The notes beneath the pieces were generated by a model, which saw only the letters and a list, made by a program, of their open reading frames with translations, had not been told where the DNA came from and did no database searches. From a virus (Duplodnaviria; Caudoviricetes): a stretch of 64,000 nt of DNA. How positions within the stretch are numbered: the first letter of the stretch is position 1; each line of letters starts with the position of its first letter. Below are positions 50,465 to 60,202 of the stretch, in pieces. Location of the stretch: IMG/VR virus record IMGVR_UViG_2568526700_000003, positions 5,222 through 69,221 of that record. The stretch is one strand, 5' to 3'. The position numbers and the translations under genes are program-made.

Positions 50465-51440
50465 ATGCGACTGACTACAGAACAGAAGGCGGAAATTGCT
50501 CGCCTCAAACGTAGTGGTGTAGGGTATCGCACCATCGCGAATAAAATGGGACTTAAGCCCAGCACGGTGAGTAGCTTCTGCCAGCGCAGTGGCTTCTTCG
50601 CTGATAATCCAGCTCACAAGGTACGTTTCACTATCCCTGAGTCGCGATTTTCGAACGTACCTGCGTAACAAAGGTACTGCCGCCCCAAAAGGTCATCACT
50701 GGTCATAAGCAGACGGATGCTTATTTGTGGGTACTGGAAGTGATTAAGCTGAATGAGCCTGCACATCTGGATGCTGCAGAGGCAGCACTTGAGAAGCTTA
50801 CCATTTGCCCAAAAGATGCAGAGAAACGGTATCGTGACTGGATGGTCGCTAATGGCGCTGACATATTGCAAACCGCTTTCGGTACCTTTTTCATGGATGA
50901 TCCTCAGCACTACCTCAAGCTTGCCAGGTAGAATATCAGGAAGGCCAGCGAAGTTCGTGCTGTGTTTGGTAGTTATGAAGCTGCTATGGACCAGTAGAAG
51001 CAGAGTTGCTCATCTCACGATCAGCATTTCTGGTAGATGAGGATTTTGGGCTGACGAGGGAAGAAGTCGCCGATGGAAGTATTTCAGGTATCGAGCGATA
51101 TCTGGAACTGGATGATGCTCGTAAAGATGCACATCATGGTTTCACGGATGTGCTGCCTTCACCTCACACACTATCCGATGTTGTCGGCGAATTTGATTAC
51201 TGGACGTGGCTTTATTGGATACGCGATGCTGCTGGGCGAGAGTTAGGTCACCAGTATTCTTAAGGGCTGAGTCAGGAGGTCTATGATCGAGAGGACTGGC
51301 TTGATACCCAACTTGCTACGATCAGTCCTATCCACCAGCAGGAGGCTATTGATGTGCTGAAATGGCTACTCAAAAGTGACCGACACGAGCGGCGAGATGA
51401 GGTAGATGCTATTCTGATGAATTTGGTTACAAAGGGTTAG
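50465..51440 (+). pseudogene. Decayed HTH-containing satellite gene
   Basis: HTH GVGYRTIANKMGLKPSTVSSF followed by fragments broken by stops and frameshifts. Confidence 0.65.
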
Positions 51441-51449
51441 GTGTAAAAG

Positions 51450-51477
51450 AAACCCGGCGCGGTGGCCGGGTTATGGA
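51450..51477. terminator. Terminator nearly identical to the prophage immunity terminator
   Basis: AAACCCGGCGCGGTGGCCGGGTTATGGA, 26/28 match to 2733-2760. Confidence 0.75.
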
Positions 51478-51501
51478 AGTTCCATTTTTATTAAATAGGT
51501 A

Positions 51502-52203
51502 TCAGAATTTTGTGATGTCGATATTGTAGATCGCCATCCATGCTTCTGCAGGGTAGGAGTTTAATGGAACGGATTGGTAGTGAGGTGTAAGAATTTCTAC
51601 TGATAGGTTGTGGTAGCTGCAGTAGTTTGCCAGCGCCTGCCAACTGTACTTTCCAGGCATAACGCTTTTAACATGCGCAATCGTAGCGTGCCTAAATCCT
51701 TCGCCTTTGCTATGAACATACTTGTTGTGCTGCATAACATGTTGACCATAGGCGCCGCGCACAGATTTAAACTGACCATCTTTCTTTTCCAGCATAAGTT
51801 GTGCACGCTCAGTCGCTTCTGCCTGGTCGGCAAGTTGTCGAAGCGCATCAGCATAGGTTTGAGGCACCATGTTATATCCGCCTGTTTTACGGATAGATGG
51901 AAGAACCTCAGAAGTAACCCATTTTTTAAAGTGTTTCGCTTCTACCTTCTGCGACCCCATTACTGCATTATATAACCCAGACTCATTAATAAGTGTCTGA
52001 TTTGTGTAGTTTCGTCCATTTTGCAGGGTCTGTTTTCTTTTCTCATCATCATCCAGCCTTTCAGTCATGTTGCTGGTTTCTGCATATCCAAGAATATCTG
52101 CAACATCTTTTGCTACAAACCACACCTCTGAATATTCATCAGTCATAGTTCTGACGGCATTACCGTTAAAATCGAACTCATTCAAAGCAACAGGATTACT
52201 CAT
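51502..52203 (-). CDS. BRO-N domain protein (antirepressor-like)
   Basis: WFVAKDVADILGY, INESGLY, FKKWVTSEVLPSIRKTGGY, PQTYADALR. Confidence 0.88.
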   Translation of the reverse strand: MSNPVALNEFDFNGNAVRTMTDEYSEVWFVAKDVADILGYAETSNMTERLDDDEKRKQTLQNGRNYTNQTLINESGLYNAVMGSQKVEAKHFKKWVTSEVLPSIRKTGGYNMVPQTYADALRQLADQAEATERAQLMLEKKDGQFKSVRGAYGQHVMQHNKYVHSKGEGFRHATIAHVKSVMPGKYSWQALANYCSYHNLSVEILTPHYQSVPLNSYPAEAWMAIYNIDITKF

Positions 52204-52508
52204 TGCACCACCTAAAAAGATGGCATCGAATGCTTTACAGTGGATCTCGCTTGAGTTAATCTTCTAAACCGAGATCTCAAGAAAGCATTGTTAGCCAATT
52301 AATGATGTTTGCAGCCCCTGAATAGCTCCAACTGTTCAGGGGTTTTCCTTTTGTGTATGAGTACAAAATACTCATACAACACTCAAATCCTACCCAGGAA
52401 AATAATAAACTTCAATAAAATGATCAGCTTATCGCTGCGATTTTTTACACGTGTAATTTTGTACAATAAAAAAGGCCGCATTTCTGCGACCTCCTATCAA
52501 TCCTAACT

Positions 52509-52817
52509 CTAGAAATCATCAATAAGCTCTTGAGAGATCTTATGCACCTGCCGCGAGTTAAACTTGCCTGCAATCTCTTTTGGATAGTTACACTCGTCTA
52601 TTGTCCATTGGTTTGGATGGTACTCATCACCTTCGATGTAAGCACCTGGAACATTTCTATAATACTCCCGGTTCTCATTCACTTTTTTAACCTTTTCTAT
52701 CGCAGAGTGGCGATCATAGCCAAGGATGACCAGTTTTGCGGCAATCTCGGCGTAGATCGCGCGATTTTCTTCGTCAACCCTATCTTGTTCTTCTTGTAAT
52801 CTAAAATCTGCTGACAT
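52509..52817 (-). CDS. Hypothetical protein
   Basis: 102-aa ORF with SD GAGG; hairpin downstream at about 52468-52492. Confidence 0.65.
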   Translation of the reverse strand: MSADFRLQEEQDRVDEENRAIYAEIAAKLVILGYDRHSAIEKVKKVNENREYYRNVPGAYIEGDEYHPNQWTIDECNYPKEIAGKFNSRQVHKISQELIDDF

Positions 52818-52914
52818 TATTACCTCTACAGTGAATAAGATAGTTATTCAATCCTATAACAACTTGAAGGATATTATTCTTGTTTTGCAATACCACGTCC
52901 ATCAGATTACGACC

Positions 52915-52941
52915 TACCCATGCTTCCTGTACGTCTGCGGC
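52915..52941 (-). pseudogene. 3' tip of a cI gene (PQTYRKHG*)
   Basis: 27 bp identical to 4171-4197. Confidence 0.7.
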
Positions 52942-52953
52942 GTAGTTTCCTGC

Positions 52954-53052
52954 TTACACGCCTGGATTGGCATAACCACCCAGAATGAACCATGCCAGAA
53001 ACACTACGGCAACAATAAACACGATCACCGGGAAGGCAATGCCTATCCTCAT
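52954..53052 (-). CDS. yoaK: YoaK-family small membrane protein
   Basis: Manual translation MRIGIAFPVIVFIVAVVFLAWFILGGYANPGV (32 aa); SD AAGGAGG. Confidence 0.75.
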   Translation of the reverse strand: MRIGIAFPVIVFIVAVVFLAWFILGGYANPGV

Positions 53053-53580
53053 AGATCCTCCTTGAATCGATTAATTTAAAACAGGATTCCAGCACCATAA
53101 CTCTCATAGCGAATACCACATAGTAATGCAGAAATCCACGATTTTGAGCGTAAACCTCATGGCTTTTGTCCGGAGATTGAACTTAGCGCCTGACTCCGAG
53201 GTATCCAGCATTATGCTCAGAAAAGCACAACGATGAACTAAATTAACAACAGTACAGCCATCATGATGACGATAACGGTCAGTGCAAATATCTTTGCATC
53301 CTTCATGCGACCTGCAGTGTCGGGGTATGACACCTCTTCACAGACTGGCGCAGAAGAACTGTCAGAGCTATGCGTACAGGGTATGCAGATGATATAGCTC
53401 AATATTAGATCGGAATCAGGAGGGGCGATACCTGTGTATTTATCAGGGGTACGTGTTAACTCCATGCTACATCGACACGGTGATCCATTCGCTTCTACCT
53501 ACTACAGGAATTGGTGGTGATTTTTTGCTGCTTCGATTGATGTTAGGATAAATCCGAGGTGACATAATGAGATTAGGGAT

Positions 53581-54720
53581 ATGAAAAAGACACTTTTAGC
53601 ATGCGTTATTGCCACTAGCCTCTTGGCTGGGTGTGGGCCAAAGGATTTAACCCCAGAGCAGAAGCAGGAAGTTGCAAGTCTCCGTAGCGAACTGGCTAAG
53701 GCTGAACAAGAAATTGTCGAGGCTAAATCACAGCAGGGGCAGTATACTGGGGGATTAATTAGAAATCTTATAACAGCCAGACTTGAAGTCTTAGGGACTA
53801 ATAAAGCCCTTTTGGAGCAGCGTATTAACGCGATTGAGTCGGGGGCTAAGATTGAGATATCTGTTAGCGGTGTTAAACCAAATCCTGAAGCAGCGGCGGC
53901 ATTAAAAACTGAAATTGAAACTCTTGATACACAGATTGCCGATGCTAAGAAAGATGCAAGTCAGTACAGTGGTGGCCTGCTACAGGCACTGAAACTATCT
54001 GCTATTGCGACGCAGGAGCAAACAAGGGCGATGCTTCAACAGAGATACCTTTCGGCAACGTATGGGTTAGCTGAAGTGAAAGTACCTAATGAGCAAGCAA
54101 ACGAAGCAATCACAGAAAAACAAGCAGACAAAGCAGAACCCCATTCCACCAGAACGCCGTTACTTCCACCAGGTGAAGGACCATTCGGTTTAGAGGCCGG
54201 TTTGTCTAAGAAAAATATTGAAGACATGATTGGTGAAGAGCTTGAGCCAATGGCGAATAATGTCAATCTTTATACGGCTAACTCTTTACCCAAAATGAAT
54301 GCTGGCTTTGAGGCGTATGGGCTGCTGATATCTCCAACAGTAGGGCTATGCCAAATAAGAGCTCTTGGCAAAGATATTGATACAGATAGTTATGGCTTTA
54401 CTATCAAGTCAAGATTTAAAGAGCTCATGGAGTCACTATCTTCTATCTATGGAAAGGCCAAGGAAAATGATTTCCTTCTGGCTGGTTCAATATGGAAAGA
54501 CCCCAGAGACTGGATGATGGGATTGTATAAGCATGAAAGATATTTGTCAGCTGAGTGGAAAGGAACTGCAGAGGCTCCACTAAAAAGTAAATTAACTTCC
54601 GTATCGATCGAAGCTAGAGCAAACAGTTCTGATAAAGGATATATCTTCCTTCAGTATAATTTCAATAACTATGATGTTTGTGAATCTGAGGTTGAAGCAG
54701 CGAAAAAAAGCTCTCTTTGA
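53581..54720 (+). CDS. Lipoprotein of unknown function
   Basis: Lipobox LLAGC; duplicated helical unit QY(T/S)GGL; C-terminal GPFGL domain. Confidence 0.8.
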   Translation: MKKTLLACVIATSLLAGCGPKDLTPEQKQEVASLRSELAKAEQEIVEAKSQQGQYTGGLIRNLITARLEVLGTNKALLEQRINAIESGAKIEISVSGVKPNPEAAAALKTEIETLDTQIADAKKDASQYSGGLLQALKLSAIATQEQTRAMLQQRYLSATYGLAEVKVPNEQANEAITEKQADKAEPHSTRTPLLPPGEGPFGLEAGLSKKNIEDMIGEELEPMANNVNLYTANSLPKMNAGFEAYGLLISPTVGLCQIRALGKDIDTDSYGFTIKSRFKELMESLSSIYGKAKENDFLLAGSIWKDPRDWMMGLYKHERYLSAEWKGTAEAPLKSKLTSVSIEARANSSDKGYIFLQYNFNNYDVCESEVEAAKKSSL

Positions 54721-54785
54721 ATAATCAGAAAAATGCGAGCCCTGTTATTACAGGGCTCTGATTATGTTTTGCTAATTAGCATGTT

Positions 54786-55019
54786 ATGTATTCGGTAGTT
54801 ACAAAAGCCCTGAAAGAAAAAGAGATACAAGGTTTGACAAAGGATTACCTGATAGTAGTCTACCTTACAGCAATTGCTATCTGGCCAGTCACCCTGGCGT
54901 TAATTGGTCTCTCTGCAGGAGTGGCATTCTTTACGCGGCGCAGGGGGCTGGGCGTTGTCCTCGTCGTTCTGTTCATGCTGGTGGTCGTTGCTGCGTGGCA
55001 GTTAGAACGTTACATGTAA
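54786..55019 (+). CDS. Small two-TM membrane protein
   Basis: Two hydrophobic helices; WPV..L and AAWQ motifs. Confidence 0.55.
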   Translation: MYSVVTKALKEKEIQGLTKDYLIVVYLTAIAIWPVTLALIGLSAGVAFFTRRRGLGVVLVVLFMLVVVAAWQLERYM

Positions 55020-55291
55020 AATCATACCGCCCCATGAAAATGCCCATATCTTATTTATAGGCTAATGTTTGATGAAAAATGTGTAAATCAGAATCGATCG
55101 TATTTTCAAAACCACCAAAAGACGTTTAATCTTGGTATCAACCGGTTTGGGCCCGTTGACCTACTATGACATCACAGTGGCGCTTCAAATGAAGTGGAGC
55201 TTCCACATCGTTATCGGCAATGTCTTGATCAAGGGCACCAACTCTAAACTCAGTGAACTGATGGCGACATTTATATAGGTGAGGTGAAGCC

Positions 55292-55552
55292 ATGATAATG
55301 GGCTACCTGTATATGACTTATGTTGCGGTCGTTTCGTGCTGGCCAGTATCCTTGATTCTGCTCTTGGCTTTAGCCGCAATATTACTAAATTCTGACCGAC
55401 AGATATTGCGTGTAAGTATCATCGTTATCGTCGCTTTTCTAGCCTTTGCAGCCTGGCAGTATGGTACGGCAGCGCACAGTACTTCTTCTTTTCTATCTGG
55501 TGGTTTTGCATGGCTATCAGGGCAAATTCCTGCGTTGAGTAAAAGTCAATAA
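55292..55552 (+). CDS. Small two-TM membrane protein (paralog of 54786)
   Basis: SD GAGG; shares WPV..L and AAWQ. Confidence 0.6.
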   Translation: MIMGYLYMTYVAVVSCWPVSLILLLALAAILLNSDRQILRVSIIVIVAFLAFAAWQYGTAAHSTSSFLSGGFAWLSGQIPALSKSQ

Positions 55553-55575
55553 GTTGAACTTAGCGGTCCATGGCT

Positions 55576-55770
55576 TTAGCTTTTAGAATTTGAAGGAATC
55601 GGGTATTTGTGCTCAATTTGTGGCGCATCGATAAGGTATCCGGCGATTTCTTCAGGCGTCAAATCAACATGAAGCTTGCCTTCATCCTAGAACCATTCAT
55701 TAGGCCAGTAGATGAGGTCGGACGGATTGGCATCATAGTCTTTCTGCAGCAATTATTGTCTGGAATAAAA
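55576..55770 (-). pseudogene. Possible bacteriocin-immunity-like remnant
   Basis: Frame ..ANPSDLIYWPNEWF*..LTPEEIA.. resembles the colicin Im SDLIYYP..SPE motif; internal stop; no 5' end. Confidence 0.35.
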
Positions 55771-55788
55771 TCTTGTTGGGATAGGCTT

Positions 55789-55930
55789 TTAGTCCCATTA
55801 GTAACTTTTCTTAGAGAAGTTACTAATGGGACTAACGCATCATTAGTAACTTTTTCCAAAAAAAGTACTAATGAGTTCACTGCGCTCCCCATCCCTTCAT
55901 TAGTAACTTTTTCATAAATAGTTACTTATG
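55789..55930. repeat. Three 33-bp palindromic units CATTAGTAACTT-N9-(AAGTTACTAATG)
   Basis: Units at 55796, 55841 and 55898; the first extends to 19-bp arms. Confidence 0.85.
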
Positions 55931-55934
55931 TATA

Positions 55935-56260
55935 AGGGTAACTAAAGCGCAGTCTGATGACAGATGCCAATGGGCTTCCTCTGTCGCTGGTCGTCGCCGC
56001 AGCGAACAGGCATGACATCAAACTGATTGCGGATACATTCAAAACCCTCCAGACGGGTCATACTGGACAAAAACTCAGACTCTGCCAGGAAAAAGATTAC
56101 GAAGCCGGCCGGCTGAGTCGCCGCGTCGAGCCGCATATCCAGTCCCGTAATGAGACACACAAGGGTTTCAAAGCCTATCGTTAGATCGTCGATAGGACTC
56201 ATAGCTGGATGAATCGCTTTCGTCGGGTACTGAAACCGCATGGAATAAAGTCATATTGAG
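55935..56260 (+). mobile_element. IS5-family transposase remnant
   Basis: TDANGLPLSLVVAAANRHD motif and degenerate DKGY / W.VER..SW.NRFR motifs, with stops. Confidence 0.7.
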
Positions 56261-56451
56261 ATAAGCTCCAGGGTGAGGCTCAGCAGCAGAAAGTCATTAC
56301 GCAATCTTCGCAAACACTCATCGATAGTCTATAAAACAATCAATTCTCCTTCTGCTAACGATCGAAATTATTCTTTCATTAATTGCAATATAGTAAGTGA
56401 TCATTTCATTATGTGAAATTATAATGGCTGTGTAAATATCAGGAGGTGGCC

Positions 56452-56646
56452 ATGTCGAAACAGTCTGTCAAACCTGTCTTGCTCAGCGAAGCACAGATTC
56501 AGGCAATCAGAAAAATTCAGGAAAAGCAGCGCCAGCAATCAGGTATCGGCGTTGCGCCAACTATCCATGAAATCGCTCGAGGACTCGTGGATAAAGCACT
56601 AGCGTCCCTTTCTAATGAGTGCATGCCTTACGGCGTTTGTCCTTAA
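56452..56646 (+). CDS. Small DNA-binding-like satellite protein
   Basis: SD AGGAGG; KPVLLSE..PTIHEIARGLVDKAL (RHH-like). Confidence 0.6.
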   Translation: MSKQSVKPVLLSEAQIQAIRKIQEKQRQQSGIGVAPTIHEIARGLVDKALASLSNECMPYGVCP

Positions 56647-56677
56647 TTTTTATCATTACCTAATTGAGGTGAGTTCA

Positions 56678-58495
56678 ATGGTAGCTAAGTCGATCGTAGA
56701 CATTGACGTAAATGACGACAAGTTTGTCGCGTTTATGGAAAGGTTTCGCGAGTACCAGAGCGCGCTGGATGATTTACCGGAAGCCTGGCGAGTGGCTGCC
56801 GTTGGTATTGGTGAAAGCAGCAAACAGACCGAAAAGGCCAAAGGTGAGGCGAAGGAGTTAGGCGCGGAGTTTAACGCCGTGGCCGAGGCCATTCTGACCA
56901 TCAACAGCGGTATCGATCGGCTCAATACCAACCTGGAAGACTCGAAGAAAAAGCAGGATGAATTCAACAAAAGCACTCGCTCTGCGAAGGGCTTCATCAG
57001 CGATGCGACGAAAGACGCTAAATCGCTGGCAGGGCACATCAGTGAAGCGACAGCTAGTCTTCTGTCATGGGGTAGCATTGTTGGCTTGTTTACCGGCGCT
57101 CTCGGCGTAGGTAGCCTGTTTGGTATCAATACCCTGGGAGCGGGGGCAGCTCAGCAGAGATTTATGTCCCTGGGGATCGGTACGTCGGCAGGGAGACTGA
57201 GTGCCATAGAAGCCAACTACAGGAGGGCAATTGGGAATCCGGCGGGTACGCTGGGCGCTATCCGCGATTCACAAATGGACCTGTCGAAGCGCTGGACGTT
57301 TCAGGCGATGGGGATTAACAATCCCGACCAGGACCCGGCAAAACTGCTCCCGCAGATGATCCGCAACGCGCGCGATATCTTCGTGCAGAACGGCAGCACA
57401 CTGCAGGGTGCGCAGGCGCACGGCCTGACAAACTTCTTTACTCTGGACGACCTTAATCGCTTCAAAAATATGAGCAATGAAGAAATTGATGCGATGGAGC
57501 GAAGGGCGAAGAAGGATGCTGAAAGATTAAACATTACTGATGAGCAAAACAGAAAATGGACGGAGTTCATTAATCAGATTGAGCTAAGCGAAAGAAGCAT
57601 TAACAGGGCCTTTGTAATCGGCCTTGGTCCTATGGCGCCGCAACTGAGTAAATTGTCAGATGCGTTATCCGGCGCGATCGATACGGTTCTTAAATCACCT
57701 GATCTCGGGAAGTGGATTGATGGGCTTGCTGGTGGTATAGAGAAGTTCAGTAATTATCTCGCATCCCCGGATTTCACTAACGATGTTAACCAGTTTATGA
57801 CAAATATCAGGGAAATGGGCGTAACTGTCGATAACGTCATTAAGTTTCTTAAGGGTGAAACATTTAATGACTGGATGAATAAATCGGAGGGTAGTGCAAA
57901 CTCCGCTGCCGAATGGGTAAAGGATAAGACTGGATTTGATCCGAGAAGTGTTGGCCCAGCGATGAAAGAGTTCTTAGCTCCATCATGGAGCACGATTAAA
58001 TCGGTGTTTGTTTCTGGACAATTAAACCCCATTTTTTCAGATCCTGCTGACATCTCGGATAAATCTCGCACTATCGCCGATCGGTTCAATAATCCCGGTA
58101 ATTTGCGTTCGGCTTATGGGTACGATACTCATAATACCAAAAGCGGTAAGTTTGCCGTTTTCCCTACGCTGGATGAGGGCGTGTTAGCGGCGACTAAGCA
58201 GCTTCAGATTTATGGTGCCCGCGGTATCAATACGATTGATGAAATTTCCAAACGCTGGGCTCCGTCAAAGGAAAACGACACTCAAGAATATATCCGTCAT
58301 GTCGTAAGAACTACCGGGTTTAATGAACGTCAGCAACTTAACCTTAACGACCCGAAAGTACTGGCAAAACTTATTTCGGCGATAGCATCTAAAGAAGGTG
58401 CCGGCAGCAGGGTGACAGAGAGCGCTGTTATTCAGATTTACAACAATACTGGTGGTAATGCGATAGTGTCTGCTGCTCAGCTTGGTGCCCGGTGA
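56678..58495 (+). CDS. Tape-measure-like protein with C-terminal lysozyme-like domain
   Basis: Helical N-terminus and Gly-rich hydrophobic segment; RFNNPGNLR..FAVF.T..EG..RWAP..ENDT..Y muralytic motif. Confidence 0.7.
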   Translation: MVAKSIVDIDVNDDKFVAFMERFREYQSALDDLPEAWRVAAVGIGESSKQTEKAKGEAKELGAEFNAVAEAILTINSGIDRLNTNLEDSKKKQDEFNKSTRSAKGFISDATKDAKSLAGHISEATASLLSWGSIVGLFTGALGVGSLFGINTLGAGAAQQRFMSLGIGTSAGRLSAIEANYRRAIGNPAGTLGAIRDSQMDLSKRWTFQAMGINNPDQDPAKLLPQMIRNARDIFVQNGSTLQGAQAHGLTNFFTLDDLNRFKNMSNEEIDAMERRAKKDAERLNITDEQNRKWTEFINQIELSERSINRAFVIGLGPMAPQLSKLSDALSGAIDTVLKSPDLGKWIDGLAGGIEKFSNYLASPDFTNDVNQFMTNIREMGVTVDNVIKFLKGETFNDWMNKSEGSANSAAEWVKDKTGFDPRSVGPAMKEFLAPSWSTIKSVFVSGQLNPIFSDPADISDKSRTIADRFNNPGNLRSAYGYDTHNTKSGKFAVFPTLDEGVLAATKQLQIYGARGINTIDEISKRWAPSKENDTQEYIRHVVRTTGFNERQQLNLNDPKVLAKLISAIASKEGAGSRVTESAVIQIYNNTGGNAIVSAAQLGAR

Positions 58496-58574
58496 TGGTG
58501 ACCTTTTCCCCGGCGTTGAGCGCCCCCGTTTAACTTTTCAAATAAAGGCCACCAGCAGCTTTATGGAGATATCT

Positions 58575-58637
58575 ATGTTAATGAGTAAAGCCGAGTATGC
58601 ACGTCATCGCGGAGTAGCCGGATTTAACAGCAGTTAA
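58575..58637 (+). pseudogene. Truncated wHTH N-terminus (Nu1/TerS-like)
   Basis: SD GGAG plus MLMSKAEYARHRGV, then abruptly ends at the convergent gene. Confidence 0.4.
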
Positions 58638-58969
58638 TAGTCTAGTTTACCTGTTGCAAGACAACGTTCAGCCTCGCCCCTGCTTTTTGCATTGTTCTGG
58701 CAAAATTCAGTCACTTCAGGTGAAGCCTCTGGGGCTTCTCGCAAATACCCATAGATTGTTACCAGACCACTATTTTCGCAAGCCTCTGCATATGCATAGG
58801 TGGCTTTCTCCTCAAAGGTGGTTCTTTGCCCCGGATGAGCATTCCCATCTGCGTTAAACGCTTTTAGCTTTTCAATTGCGTAATTGCAATCAGCTTGGGA
58901 AAGTTGAACGGCAAAAGCCTGAGCGGCAGAAAAGTAGAGGAACAAAGCAATAGCGAAGCGAGCATTCAT
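58634..58969 (-). CDS. Secreted Cys-containing protein
   Basis: Signal peptide (AQAFA); four Cys. Confidence 0.7.
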   Translation of the reverse strand: MNARFAIALFLYFSAAQAFAVQLSQADCNYAIEKLKAFNADGNAHPGQRTTFEEKATYAYAEACENSGLVTIYGYLREAPEASPEVTEFCQNNAKSRGEAERCLATGKLDY

Positions 58970-59065
58970 AATTAAACCCTCAAAAAATACGAGATATGTT
59001 GTAGGCAACAGGCAGAAATAAATTATCCGCTACACATAAGCGGTTACTTGATGAAACATGTTTAC

Positions 59066-59257
59066 CTAAGGAGAGTAGGGCCGTTCGCTCCACCAGCTCA
59101 AGCATGCGCGGCTGTGGGTTTCTCTCTGGCAGGTTCTTTTTGCTGCATAGGGCATCCAGCAGCCACGCCGTTTTGTCACCGCCGCCGCTACAGCCTGATT
59201 AAATACGTCATGCAATTCAGCCGGAACGCGGAATGCTATAAGATTGGATTTGCTCAT
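59066..59257 (-). pseudogene. RHH/CopG-like remnant
   Basis: LIAFRVPAELHDVF N-terminus, then apparent frameshift. Confidence 0.4.
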
Positions 59258-59755
59258 GGGGCCGCCATCTCAGTGTTTTAGGTCTATACAGTAGACCACC
59301 GTATAACAATGTTATACTGATGATGTGGCGTATAACTAATTTTTTTCTTCATCCATCATCTCCTTTGGCCTAGGGCGCTGGTGGTCATAAATTTTGGAAT
59401 GCTTTGGACATTTAGGAGCTACAGCCGGCTGAAGGATTGCGCTGGCGATAGTCTGAAGTAGAAATGCTTGATTAGGGCATCCAAAAAAGATGCTTGTTAA
59501 ATTTATACTGTTTGAAATGGATTTGAATTGCACTGATTGGCAAACGTGTGTTGTGGTTGGCGCTGCATACTATAGCGACGATCGAGAGTATTAAATTTCC
59601 GGGCCCGTACATGCGGGAATATCCCGGATGCAATAGGGAATCTTCCAGGCGAACAGAGTAACCGTTAGTTACCCTGTTGTTAGTTAAAAATACGGAAATC
59701 GCACCTTTAGAGTCACACCTGGGGGGGGAAGGACTGTCTCGCAGGTAAAACCAGC

Positions 59756-59950
59756 TTAGTCGGCACCATTATCTCGATGAGAAATATGCCCATTTATCCA
59801 TTCCTCAATTTCGCCAGATAGCCAGCGAACGCTACGACCTATCTTAACTGGGTGAGGGAAAGTACCTTTTTTCATCCAGTCGTAGATAGCAGTCTTTCGA
59901 AACCCAGTAGCTTCACATACCTGTTTCAGGTCCATAAAATACATTTTCAT
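59756..59950 (-). CDS. alpA: Second AlpA-family regulator
   Basis: LKQVCEATGFRKTAIY.WM..GTFP.PVKIGRSVRW..EIEEWI. Confidence 0.88.
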   Translation of the reverse strand: MKMYFMDLKQVCEATGFRKTAIYDWMKKGTFPHPVKIGRSVRWLSGEIEEWINGHISHRDNGAD

Positions 59951-59977
59951 TGGATTCTCTCTATGGTTTGGATGCAA

Positions 59978-60098
59978 TGTTGGTTCAACCCGGTAAATGT
60001 AGGTTCAAAATCTGGTGGTGTTGGCTCACTGTTTTGATAAATATCCAAATAAAACAATGGTCTTTACGTTTTGAGGCAACTGGACCAACCGAACCAAC
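59978..60098. repeat. Second satellite origin-like iteron set (ori 2)
   Basis: TGTTGGTTCA variants and TGAGGCAAC-TGGACCAAC-CGAACCAAC, related to ori 1. Confidence 0.7.
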
Positions 60099-60202
60099 GT
60101 ATTTTCTTTATATATGCAAAAAAACTGACGAATGTGTCCCGCAAGAAGGCAGGGCCGGGCTAATCTTCATTTGCAAAACTAATAGTTTGGGGTATCCGCA
60201 AA

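Noticed and set aside
55789-55930. CRISPR array
   Set aside because: Spacers of only 12 and 24 bp, degenerate units, no cas genes or leader
59366-59380. Island right att (CCTAGGGCG resemblance to the tRNA end)
   Set aside because: Match too short and lacks TGCCA
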